Shown: positions 17,926 through 36,024 of the stretch, piece after piece
How the letters are laid out: each line of letters begins with the position of its first letter
Position numbering within the stretch: position 1 is the stretch's first letter
From: the human T2T-CHM13v2.0 reference genome, Homo sapiens
Strand: one strand, 5' to 3'
Assembly (NCBI RefSeq): GCF_009914755.1
Contig: NC_060935.1
DNA: 64,000 nucleotides
The notes under the pieces: model-generated
What the model saw: only the letters and a program-made list of their open reading frames with translations
Database searches by the model: none
Told to the model about the DNA's origin: nothing
Translations under genes and position numbers: made by a program

Positions 17926-18400
17926 CCCAAGCCTCGCGACTCGGGCCCGTGTCCTACCAACGAGGCCACTCCCGCTCGGCACCCTCGGTCCTTTATTGTT
18001 GACTCGAAGCTCCCAAAATGGCGGACGCTCCTTCCTCCTCGGAAACCTCCGCCCGCCCCCACCCAGCCCTCTCGCTACGGCCTCCTCTCGCCCCCGCCCC
18101 CGCCCCGCTCCGAGGGGCGCGCAGGCCAGCCGCCCGAGCCGCCGGCTCCCCCGGCTGTCCAGCCCTACCTCCTCCGCTGCCCGCTCTCGTGGCGCCGCCG
18201 AAGTCGCCGCCTGGCTGAGCTAACTCGGCTCCTCTGCCCCCTCCCTCGCTCGCCCGTTCGCCCGCCCGCCGCCTCCTCCCTCTTTCCCTGCCTCTCCGCA
18301 TGGCGGCGACCGCGGCTCCTCCTCCACTCAAGATGGCGAAACCTCGGCCGCCGCGGCTATATTCGCCGCGGCGTCACTGCCTTCCTGGCCTGGTGGTGAG
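17926..18400 (-). other. DDX6: Region containing non-coding DDX6 exon 1 and TSS; exact bounds unresolved
   Basis: CpG-island core. Candidate donors on the minus strand: GAG|gtaggg (exon end 18169), TTG|gtagga (17958), GGG|gtgagg (17926). Confidence 0.6.
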
Positions 18401-18918
18401 AGGAAGTCGGGCCGCGAAAGCTTCCTGAGGAGAAAATGGAGGGCCCTTCTCTCACACCGACGAGAAAAGTTCGAGGGGGAAATACGAGTTCCTTTCTGAA
18501 GGGACAGGACGGCTGCTTTTCCACAGCCGCGACGTGATTGAGAAATGGTGGCTGGCAAGGGTAGGCCTGCCTTCGCCCCTCCAAAGTAAAAATCGGGAGT
18601 TGAGACCAGAGGAACATCTCTTTATTACATGACTAAGGATATGTTTTGAAAACTGGCCCCCGGGCAGCTGCTCGGGGACAGGAAGCTGACCTGACTTCTC
18701 CAGCTGGCCGGGGAGGCTGATGCCGGGCCTAAGGGGCCGCGTCCGAGCCTCTCGGGGCGCGCCTCCATGCAGGAAGGCGCGGAACTAGCGACCCGGAGAC
18801 GCCGGGCGCGCGTCTGAGTGTGGGGGCAGGAAGGGGGGCCGACCGGGCCCGGAGGCCGCACCAGGCAGGAGGGAGGACTCCAGAGAGTGCGCGGGGGGCG
18901 CTGCGCGGTGGGACGGGG

Positions 18919-19346
18919 CGAGCCTGTAGGGCGCGCCTGGCGGCGGGTAGGCTCCGGGCTTGAGGGTGCGCCTGGGGGCGCTGGTTGTGGGGGAAGGCAC
19001 CGGGCTTGAGGGTGCACCTGGGCGGGGGAAGTCTTCGGGCATGAGGGCGCGCCTGCGGGTGGTATGGGGGGGTACACCGAGCTTGAGGGTGCGCCCGGGG
19101 GGCTCTCATGTGAAGGGTACCAGGCTTGAGGGCGCCCCTGCGGGGGGCGCAGAGGCACCGAGCTTGAGGGTGCGCCTCGGGGGTCTGCGGGGGGAAGGCA
19201 CCGGACTTGAGCGTGCGCCGGGAGAGGACGGCGGGGGACCGGACTGTGAGGGCGTATCTTGGGGGACCTGTCTAGGAGGAACCGGGAGGTGAAGGCACAA
19301 CTGGGGGTGAGGCGGGGGCAGGGGCCGGGCTGTGAGAGTGCGACTG
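18919..19346 (+). repeat. Degenerate G-rich minisatellite: 21-nt core CCG(G/A)GCTTGAGGG(T/C)GCGCCTG, period 35-46 nt
   Basis: Core copies start at 18954, 19000, 19035, 19077, 19120, 19158, 19201. Degenerate copies at 18919, 19239, 19325. Confidence 0.9.
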
Positions 19347-19729
19347 AGGGGGGATTACTCCGGAGAGCACGGAGCTGGGGGCGTTGCGCAGGTGGAGTGG
19401 GGAGGCCTGGTGGAGAGGGTAGCAAACCGAGAGAGCGCACCGGGGTGGTGGGGGGAGAAGCTGGACTGTAAGGTGAAGAGTTAGTAGGGCGCAACCGTCT
19501 TCTCCTGCCCTCGAAGGGCAAGACTGAAGAAAGTAGGGGCGGAGGAGGCCGGGCCCTCCACTAAAGGGAGGGAAGCTAGTGAAGCGTCAGTTATAATAGA
19601 AATAGGAATTCAGTAAGGAAATGGAGAAGCTTAAGGCAAAGGGTGACTCTCCGGCCTGACCCTCACTATGAAGATATTTATGTATGTTCCCATAATACTT
19701 TTCAGATCCCAATGTCTGTGTTTATCCTT

Positions 19730-20232
19730 GACAGAAATAATAGAACTGCTGTCTTCTTCCAAGTTAAACAAAACTTTGGAGCTAAAAGCTAGCTAGGTCA
19801 AGAGAAACAAAATCTAATCCTCACCCAATTGAGAGACTGAATATACAAAGAATGGCCAAACCTAACCATGACCTCCTACCCATAACCTCTTCAGTAATCG
19901 GCCAGAAGGGTCAGGACTTAATCTTTAACCGGCAGCTTCCCTATTTCTTGCCCCTGCTTCCAGCTCTGGGCCAATCAGAGAAAGCCAAATGTGCTCCTCA
20001 CACCAATCGCGTAAGAAGCCCTGCTTCTAGTATAGCCCTCCTCCAACTTCCCGATGCCAACATCCTCCAATCAGAGCCAACCTGAAGTTTCTCCCTTTTT
20101 TCAGTATATGTAAAGCTTTTCCACTCCCCTGCCTGCCTATGAGTCTGTTAAATCAAGTGATGGGTCGCGGCTGACTCTTGCCAGCTCTGAGTAAATAGCC
20201 TATTCTCATTTGGTGGTCGTTATTTCTACACA
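19730..20232 (+). mobile_element. Old solo ERV LTR (family not determined)
   Basis: TG...CA-type ends, repeated CCAATCAGAG, TATA-like tatatgtaaa (~20105), degenerate poly(A) signal agtaaa (~20190), and a 3' end resembling known LTR consensus ends. Confidence 0.65.
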
Positions 20233-20593
20233 GCCGGTGGGAAGGTGGTGGAGAATAGTGAAGACTATTCTTAAGGTTAAAAAGAAGGTTCGGCTTACAT
20301 TTTTTTTTTATTTTAAATTTACAGCATGGCGTCTCCAGCCCAGGTTTTAAAATACCTTCTAATGTAAGGAAATAGCCCTGCACCTTGTGCCCATCCTAGA
20401 GAGAAAATGGTTTCTTAATAAAAAATGTATGAGGCCTTTTTTGCCCCAATATCTTCCCAAGCAGAGGAATGTGAAGGGGGGTTGGGCCAAGAAGTGAGTG
20501 GTAGGAAGAGAGGCCTACGGATTTAAAACAGGCCACTGCTTGGAGGGGTGTCTTTCCTAAACCACTGAAGAAATTGAACCAGGCAAAGGAAGG

Positions 20594-20679
20594 GGGTTCA
20601 CACCCACAAATAAACTATAACCTACAAAAGGAGCCCGGGTTCACATCCACAAATAAATTGTAACCTACACAAGGAGTCT
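20594..20679 (+). repeat. 43-bp tandem duplication (2 copies)
   Basis: gggttcacacccacaaataaactataacctacaaaaggagccc / gggttcacatccacaaataaattgtaacctacacaaggagtct. Confidence 0.9.
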
Positions 20680-22405
20680 GGTTGAGGTCACAAAACAAAA
20701 GCCAGGAGGCAACCAAAAGTAGAATATGAAATAGGTGCTGCCTTCTCACCTAGGAATCCTTCCAGGGCTAAAACCTTCAAATATTCTGCTTTTAAGGTAG
20801 TCAGATACCCTCACAACTCATTTACATCAGCCCTTCTCTGTTTTCAAGTGAGAAGCATAGATGGTTTAGAATTAAGCTATGAACTCTTGGATCTTTTCTT
20901 CCAAGTTTAGTGTTAGTGGTAGATAGGTCTAGTCCAACTATCTCAATACATTGTTTTCTCCCTAGTTAAAACAGATTTGCAAGAATCATTTGTATGACAC
21001 TTTAGGAATACAGATAAATTGCTAGTGCAAATAATATCCTTATATTTATAAAATATATGTGTACTTTTAAAAAAGTTATATGAATCCAATCCTCTGGCCT
21101 TTTAGTTAGTATTGAGTGTGATAGTTGTGGGAGATCTGTAGTAAATACGGTTTCTGAAGGGTGTGCTATCATCCCTAATGAACTCACCTATTAATTGTGG
21201 TAAAGAGTTTTTCACTTGGGCTGGGCACGGTGGCTCACGCCTGTAATCCCAGCACTTTGGGAGGCCGAGGCAGGTGGGTCGACTGAGGTCAGGAGTTCCA
21301 GACCAGCCTAGCCAACATGGTGAAACCCCGTCTGTACTAAAAAAAAAAAAAAGAAAAAAAATAGCTGGGCATGGTGGCAGGTGCCTGTAATCCCAGCTAC
21401 TTGGGAGGCTGAGGCAGGAGAATCCCTTGAACCTGGGGAGGCGGAGGTTGCAGTGAGCCAAGATCGTGCCATTGCACTCCAGCCTGGGCAACAAGAGCAA
21501 AACTCCGTCTCAAAAAAAAAAAAAAAAGAAAAAGAAAAAGAAATGAAAAAAAAAGTTTCCCAACATGTATTAGCCGTTTTCATGTTGTCTGTATTCACCT
21601 TTGCGTCATCACCCCTCTTCAATTTCCTCCTGGAATTCAATCACAGTAATGGGTTATCTCAGCATATATTATTCGCCAGTCTCATATCCTGACCTCATTT
21701 ATTTACCTAAAAATAACCAGAACGAAAAAAAAATCACAGATTAATTTACACTTGATTTCACTTTAACTTCAATTTAAAATACTTAGAATCCAGAATTCCT
21801 AGTAAGTTGAACCTGGAATACGCAGACCTGTGATAATATCTTAAACACTCAAATGTTTTCAACTTGCTGAAATGGAGTTCACACTTTTAACATTCTGGGC
21901 TTTTTTTTTAAAAGGGACTATAATACTTTAACTCAAATTACAATCAAATGTGTTCATTACCTATAAGAAAAAAATTTTACCTATCTCATATCTTCAGTGA
22001 AATGATTATATCACATCTGGCTAAGCTTTACCATTTGGTATTTGCCCTCTTTCAAGTGATTTGCAGTATAATACTTTGATTTCCCAAAATTTCAACATAC
22101 AAAGTTATTTTCCAAATATGCTCAAGCAACATCTGATCATCACTAACAAGACTAAAGGCTAATATGCCCAAGGAGCCAAGTCCCGTTTTCTTGGGACTTC
22201 ATAGCAGGTAAAAATTGCCTTTTCAATTTATACACCTGAAGAAAGTGAAGCAGCATCAGTCACTGAGGGCTTAGTAGAGATGTCCTCAGAGAGGTGCACA
22301 TACTGCGCTGAAGTTGATGCATACTAAGCAGGCGTGCTTAATCACTGAGAGGTTACATCAGGCACATTTTGTTGGAATAAATGTTCCAACCCCTGAGTAA
22401 ACTCA

Positions 22406-22771
<366 letters not shown>

Positions 22772-23164
22772 TTAAACACATTTTCCCCAAACTGCCAGGT
22801 TTACTTTGCAGAATTTGTATTCTCTTTCACAGATAACATAACCCTCATTCCCAGCACACCACAACCAAGCTAGCTAGCTGGCTCAGCTCACGGTGTCCTT
22901 CGGCCACATCGGGACTCAGCATGGTATATGTTCTGGTCATCACCCAGAGAATTCTAGCTATTCATTTTGACTCTTCAGTTTCGCTAAGATGACTGCATGC
23001 CAGCAATTTTAACTTATTTATTAATTTGAAAATAATGTGTGGCTGGGCCGGGCACAGTGGCTCACGCCTGTAATCCCAGCACTTTGGGAGGCCGAGGCAG
23101 GCGGATCACGAGGTCAGGAGATCAAGACCAGCCTGACTAACATGGTGAAACCCTGTCCCTACTA

Positions 23165-23425
<261 letters not shown>

Positions 23426-24330
23426 TTACTGAGATCAAGAAAGAACTGACATCGTCCTCATCTAAGATACCTTGTTCTCCTTGGGTATTTTCCAAGTTAG
23501 TTCAGGGGCAGTTGCCGAGGAATAACACTGATGGGGGTTCACACTATGGCGATCTTGTTGAACTGCCTGATGTTGGTTTGTGTAATCTGCCCCCTTTGTG
23601 CCCAAGAACCTGTGACAAGATTCTGCTTCTGACAACCTTCTGTGCAGGGGTAGCGACAGGAGTCTGAACAATCATTAAGTGTCCAGCCCTGGTTTCCTGC
23701 CACTAGTCAATCTGCAGAGACTTTTATTGATTCTTGAAAATACAACTGTGATTGTAGGTTTGGGCCCTGGGAATGTAATTTATAGCTAAAGAATGGGCAA
23801 TGTCTTCTGTCCTGAGTGCCATGGTTGGATTGTGTAACATCTGTGGCTACCAGGACAAGGAAGGAACAAAGGAAGACAAAAGTATTTCAGTGCAGAGATC
23901 TTCTCAGTGACCCTCCTTGCTTTTCATCTGCCTGATGAATTTTAAAGACTACTTTTTATCATATCTCCACACCGTAAACTACCCCCTCAGTGGCTCCCAG
24001 TTTCCTTTTACTACATCTAGTCTACACTCCATAGACCGACTGAGACTGCCAATATGCCTACCCAGTCGGATTTCCTACTCTTCCTCCCCCCATACATTTG
24101 CTGCTCTGGTCTCCTGAAAGGTTACATTCCCTCACCTCTGATTGTTTCCCTTAGAAACCCTCTCATCTCCTTTCCTCTGGGTCTATCTAAATCTCACTCA
24201 GAATCCTAGATATATTACCACAAGCCCCTATCCTCCTATGTTTCCCATTCCTTTGCTCCTGTGCAACCAGGGCTCAGGCTCTGGAGTCAGACAGATTTAG
24301 GTTCATAATCCCAGTTCTGCCACTTATTAA

Positions 24331-24684
<354 letters not shown>

Positions 24685-25411
24685 TGAACCTCAATTTTCC
24701 CATTTATAAAATGGGTAAAAAGTGGCCAGCACGTGGGTCAGGCCTGTAATCTCAGCACTTCGGAGGCCCAGGCAGAAGAATCGCTTGAGGCCAGGAGTTC
24801 AAGGTCAGCCGGGGCAACATATTGACATCCCGCCTCTACAAAAAATAAGCTGGGCAGGGTGGCGTGCACCTATTGTCCTAGCTATTCAGGAGGCTGAAGT
24901 AGGAGAATTGCTTGAGCCCAGGAGTTCAAGGCTGCAGTGAGTTATGATTGTGCTACTGCACTCCAGCCTGGGCGACAGACAGAAATTCTGTCTGTACAAA
25001 AAATGAAACAATAAAGTGGATAAGATGGGGATAATAGGACCTAGAGTGTCATGAGGGTAAGTGAATGAAATAAATCACTTATTTTAGTAGTTGGCAAATG
25101 GCACTCAAAAAAATTAGTTGGTGTTGCTATTGTTATTTTGTTGACTTTTGTCTGAACCTCTTCTTATTCTATCAGATTACAGCCTGAGGTTGGCCAATTC
25201 AATTCTATTTCCCTAGCCTCTATTGTCTCTCAGCTCTTCAGCTTTGTGCCCTACCAACCTTAATAAACAGGTGCCACACTCTAATTTCACAGCCTCTGCT
25301 CCAGGAATGTTGATGCTGGAGAGAGCCCTGTAACCAGGCTGATTGGTTCAACAATAAATTCTTGCTTCTGAACCTCAGCTGAGCCCTTTCTGCTGCTCCA
25401 CAAACCCTTTA

Positions 25412-25596
25412 CTGCTGGTTCTCAATTGTGGATGCTCATTAGAGTCAACAGAGGCGCTTATGAAACCACTAGTGCCTGGGCCCCATCCCAGGAGAATTAA
25501 ATCAGAATCCTTGGGGCTGGGGTCCAGCGTCATTTTTTTGTGTGTGTTAAGGCTCCCTGGATGATCCTAATGTCCAGCCAGGAATGAGAACCACTT
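25412..25596. mobile_element. MER5-type hAT-Charlie MITE
   Basis: Termini ctggttctca ... tgagaaccact with typical internal sequence. Confidence 0.75.
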
Positions 25597-26811
25597 AATT
25601 GTTCTTCAAGGACAATTATTTCCTACTACAGCATTCCACATCTTTTCTTCTATCCATAAGCTTACCTTCAAATCAAATAGAAGCTTCATAAACTTCCCAC
25701 CTTCATAAATCCACAGAAGCTTCATAAACTTTCCACCTCCCTCCCTGACAAACTTCATTTTGTTCCTTTCTTGGAAGATAGAGCATCACACCTCCTATGT
25801 AAGGCTAATCTATCCTTTTTTAAAATAAAATATTCCATTGATTACCTCCTTTCCTTTATATTTTTAATATTATTAAATGTTTCTCTCTCTGTTGCTTCTT
25901 CCTCTCAACCTGGATTTGTTCCCAAGTTTTTCTCCATTCTAAACAACAAACAAAAACAATCTTCCCTCACTCTGGTTCCAGGTTGAATGAGAGAAGAGGG
26001 AAGAACAAGTATTCACTGAAGGGCTCCCAGGGACAGGCGCTATGTTAGGTGACATCCGTTGCAAAATCTTGGCCATTCTTGCTCTGGGATATCACTTCCA
26101 TCTCTGCTTCTCCATGATTACTGCCACTGTCTCAACCCAGGGTTTTTTTCTTTTGCTTAGACTATTTACTGGACTTCCTGCTTCAACCTCTTTTCCTCTC
26201 TAACCCATCCTGTACAGTAATGCCAGAGTAGTCTTCCCAGTCAGATCACTATTCTGTTGAAGAGTCTTTCATAATTCTCCATTAACTACTGGATAACATT
26301 TCGATCCCTCATCTCTCTTCAGAATAAGTAGGAGGCCCTTGGGACCTCCTTGCCCCAAACCCCATGAGTGATCTGACCTTCTGATCATTGCTGGGATAAG
26401 ACAGGTCTTGTGATATTTTTATCTTTGAATTTCTTGGTTCTTCTCATAATTTGTTTCAGCTTAAATGTTACCTCCTCCTAGTTGCCTTCCCTGATGATAT
26501 TAAAGTAGTGCCCCTCTCCCTCACTCTGTACCCCATTAAATGATCTGAAATTATTTTGTTTACATGTTGATTGCCTATGCCCTCCCCAACAGCAAGCCCA
26601 ACTCAAATCCACTTCTACCATTGAGCTTTGCTGATTCATCCCAGTGCTCCTTGTGCTCCCATCACTTTGAGCTTGCTCATTGCTAAGGTGATAAAATCAG
26701 ATTTCTTCAGAACACACTGGGATTTTCTAGGGTAATTATTATTAGTGCTCCTGTTTATCCTCAGAACTATCCCAATTGGGACAATAAATTATATAATCAC
26801 TGGATTTATAG

Positions 26812-27072
<261 letters not shown>

Positions 27073-27100
27073 TAAATTTTATTTTATTTTAATTAATTAA

Positions 27101-27229
<129 letters not shown>

Positions 27230-27232
27230 TAG

Positions 27233-27979
<747 letters not shown>

Positions 27980-28210
27980 TAGGCCCGAGCTACCCTGCCC
28001 AGCCTGTGTTCATCTTTCTTTCACCAATAACATCTAGTAAGGTATTTTGTATACATATATTAGAAGCTCAGGAATCTATTGAATGGGATTGGATAATTGA
28101 TTAAAATAAGACAATGTATGTGGAGAGACTAGCACGATATCTAATACATGGTAAATGTGTTAAATTCTTTTTTCCCAAACGTGGTATGTGCTAAAAATTA
28201 AAATAAATAA

Positions 28211-28466
<256 letters not shown>

Positions 28467-28513
28467 TGATCCACCCGCCTCGGCCTCCCAAAGTGCCGGG
28501 ATTACAGGCGTGA

Positions 28514-28825
<312 letters not shown>

Positions 28826-29494
28826 TGAAGTTTAATAAATCTTACTTTCCCTTCCCTCAGATGGGTCCAGGTGTCATATCTCTCAAGACCTTTGTTTACC
28901 AACTACTCTACACAGTTTAGTACCCAAGTATGTACCAGCTTGTTTGCCTTTATTGAGCTTTTTGTGATGTTGTTTCTTTTACCACATCAGAAGCTTTCAT
29001 GTATCATATCTTATAATTATCAATTCCAGATAGCAGAACTAGTTCTTTCTTGTAAATTGGTTGATATTGAGATGTTCAATATCTATTGGCTGGTTAATTT
29101 GCAGGAAGGAGAGAAATGATGACAAAGATACCAGGTTAGGTGCCCACAGTCAGTGGCACAAGCGTAAAGGATCATGTTCCCTGTTTGAAGATGCATGTAT
29201 ATGCGTTCTAGCAAGCAAAAGTTGGAGCTTCTAATATATCCTCTCAACGTTTTCAGTAACTAAAAAGATACAGATTCAAGTGATCAAGTAATCTTTACAC
29301 AAGAGTATAATGCCGCTTGGAAGTAAGGGAAGAATGAAAAATATGCTTAGTGTAGAGATCTGACTATGGAATAGTAAGACTGGGGTTTGAATTCCTAAAT
29401 TATTTACAAATAACTTCCCTATGCCTGTTCTCTCATCTGTTTAATGGGGATGGTACATCTGCCTCTGGGGAGCTTGTAAGAAGAGTAAATATGA

Positions 29495-29743
<249 letters not shown>

Positions 29744-31399
29744 TGAACTCCCGACCTCAAGTGATCCGCCTGCCTCGGCCTCCCAAAATGCTGGGATTAT
29801 GGGCGTGAGCCACCACTCCTGGCCTTAAATGATAAATATTAATAGTTTACATAAAATGCTCAGCATAGGGACTGGCTCATTACAAGCCCCAATCAGCAAT
29901 AGCTGTTTTTATAATAGGCAGTCTGAGCCACTACAAAACCTGGATGTGAAAGGTGAAGCTAGCTAAGATCATTAAGTTCTCAAATTTTAAGTTAAATCTT
30001 GTTTCTAATGCCAAGGACAAACTATAATTCTTTACTTGTTCGATTGATTCTTTTGTTCATTCACTTATTATTCATTCATTTATTCCATACCAGGTACACA
30101 ATAAATGCTTATTAAATGCTATTGAGTGAATAATAGTAAGTAACTTGGGGGAAAATAGAGCTTTTTTTTTTTTTTTTTTTTTTTTTAAGACAGTCTCCCT
30201 CTGTTGCCCAGGCTGGAGTGAAGTGGTGAGATCTTGGCTCACTGCAACCTCCACCTCCTGGGTTCAAGTGATTCCCCTGCCTCTGCCTCCTGAGTAGCTG
30301 GGATTATAGGCTTGCACCACCACGCCCGGCTAATTTTTGTATTTTTAGTATAGATGGGGTTTCACCATGTTGGTCAGGCTGGTCTCCAACTCCTGACCTC
30401 GTGATCTGCCCGCCTCGGCCTCCCAAAGGGCTGGGATTACAGGCATGAGCCACCGCTCCTGTCCAAGAGCTTTTTAAGGATATGCCCTCAGTGATATCTG
30501 TCAATGAGTGTAAAATACCCCGTGACCAGGACCAGGACACCATGCTGGATGCTGAAGGTTCAAATCCAGCTGTGTCACCTATTGGGAACCCAGCCAGGGA
30601 TGTGCAGCATTCATTCCTTCAAGCTATCTAACCTATTACCTACTCAAGGCAGATGACTGCCTCATATTTAATGGAAAAATCAAGGTCATAGTGCTGAATG
30701 TTCCTCAATTTCCCTTCTCCTCTAGACCCGTCTTCCACTGAATCTGGTCTTAACCTCATTCCCTGATATCTCTTCCCTCCAGTACCCAAGAGCAGAGTTA
30801 ATCACTTCCCAGTCATCTGTGCCACCATCGTGCAAATTTCTATTACTGCAAAGTAGCAGAGTTGATTTGGTTGTAGGTTTGCCTTCCACAAGAACTGAGT
30901 CTGTCTATGTCTTATTCTTCTTTGTGTGTCCAGCACCTCACATATGGCCTGGCATTTAGTAGGTGCTCAGTAAATGCTTACTGAAGGGGCTTTTGAGTTT
31001 TTGTTTTGTTTCATTTTTGAGACAGGGCCTCACTGTGGCTCAAGCTGGAGTGTAGTGGTGCGATCTTGGCTCGCTGCAGCTTCTGCCTACCAGGTTGAAG
31101 CGATTCTTGTGCCTCAGCCTCCTGAGTAACTGGGACTACAGGCCCTCACCAACAGGCCCAGCTAATTTTTGTATTTTTTGGTAGAGGCGGGGTTTCACCA
31201 TATTGGCCAGGTTGATCTCCAACTCCTGACCTCAAATGATCCACCCTGCTCAGCCTCCCAAAGTGCTGGGATTACAGGCATGAGTCGCCGCACCTGGCTA
31301 GAAAGAGCTTTTGAATCAACTACTTCCCTTTAGTCTCCTCTTCAAAAATAAACTTTCCAAAAGACCTACACACTACCTCAATTTCCACTTCCTTATCCT

Positions 31400-33760
<2,361 letters not shown>

Positions 33761-33970
33761 TATTGATAATAATACCTAATGTTTATTGACTGCTTGTTAT
33801 GTACCAGGTGTGCGCTGTTTTATATGAATGATCTTATTTAATCCTCACAACAACCCTCCAAAGTGAGGCAGGCACAGTTATCTCTCTCTTTAGGGGGAGG
33901 GAAACAGGCTTAATCGTAAGAATCAGTTGGGGTATAAACCCAGGTCTGTCTGTCAAGAAACTCCATACTC

Positions 33971-34003
33971 CACTTGATCTTAGCCAAAAGGCCAAGAGGC
34001 AAT
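33971..34003 (-). pseudogene. 3'-truncated (tailless) U2 snRNA retropseudogene, U2 nt 1-33
   Basis: Reverse complement attgcctcttggccttttggctaagatcaagtg matches the U2 5' end at 30/33. Flanked by 13-bp TSD aaactccatactc (33958-33970, 34006-34018). Confidence 0.93.
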
Positions 34004-34386
34004 ACAAACTCCATACTCTTCATGACTCTTCTTTATCCTTTCTTTCAAGTGAATGGAAGGTGAGGAAGTGGGGACACAGTCTTTTAAGAATCTTGGCTGA
34101 GGTGGGGAGCAGTGGCTCACACCTGTAATCCTAGCATTTTGGGAGACCAAGGCTGGTGGATCACCTGAGGTCAGGAGTTTGAGACCAAGCTGGGTAGCAT
34201 GGTGAAACCCCGTCTCTATTAAAAATACAAAAATTCGGCCGGGAGTGGTGGCTCAGGCCTGCAATCCCAGCACTTTGGGAAGCCGAGGCAGGCAGATCAC
34301 GATGTCAGGAGTCCAGGACTAGCCTGGCCGACATAGTGAACCCCCGTCTCTACTGAAAATACAAAAATTAGCCAGGAGTGGTGTCA

Positions 34387-34996
<610 letters not shown>

Positions 34997-35428
34997 TGAC
35001 CTCAGGTGATCTGCCCGCCTCGGCCTCCCAAAGTGCTGAAATTAGAGATGTGAGCCACCGCGCCCAGCCAGCAATTATTTTAAGGTGTAAAAGGTTAGAG
35101 CATGTTTATGTGTTCAAAATAGTATTATTTTTTTAAAAAATGTAAAACGACTAAATACTTACGAGGAAGTGATTTTTCTGTATTTCTGTAGAGCATGCGC
35201 TGTTGCATTTCAGCTCCTCACTTAGTGCCTGGCTTTTCAGTAAAAGTGTGTGTTGAATGAATTATCAACAGATTACACTGAGCAGGATGGTGTGAAAGTG
35301 GAGAGGCTTGCAGGGAAGGGAGAAGGGCAGAGGTGCAGGCTTGCCATTTAAAACGCAGGACTCCTGCCAGGGCATGGTGGTTCACGCCTGTAATCCCAGC
35401 ACTTTGGGAGGCTGAGGCGGGTGGATCA

Positions 35429-35680
<252 letters not shown>

Positions 35681-35727
35681 TCATGCCTGTAATCCCAGCA
35701 CTTTGGGAGGCCAAGGTGGGCAGATCA

Positions 35728-35986
<259 letters not shown>

Positions 35987-36024
35987 TTAGAATTTCAGAT
36001 AAATGAAGAAGAAAAAAGAAAAAA

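Larger units (their letters stand above)
17300..19560. promoter_or_regulatory. CpG-island promoter of DDX6 with YY1, GC-box and ETS motifs
   Basis: Very high GC and CpG, Alu-free. YY1 consensus AAAATGGCGG (18015-18024) and AAGATGGCG (18330-18338). CCCGCCC boxes 18050-18110. AGGAAGT near 18399. Confidence 0.9.

Noticed and set aside
18018-18218. Plus-strand 66-aa ORF MADAPSSSETS with good Kozak context
   Set aside because: The ATG context is the YY1 motif AAAATGGCGG. The ORF is antisense within the GC-rich first exon/intron and has no recognisable homology.
18919-19346. CRISPR array interpretation of the repeat-linker pattern
   Set aside because: Human CpG island with no cas genes. The repeats are degenerate, and the linkers are G-rich and partly homologous to each other.
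18625-19521. 298-aa Pro-rich ORF with GAPSS repeats (and overlapping ORFs)
   Set aside because: It starts at TTG. Stops are rare in very GC-rich DNA, several frames are open, and the peptide repeats simply translate the minisatellite.
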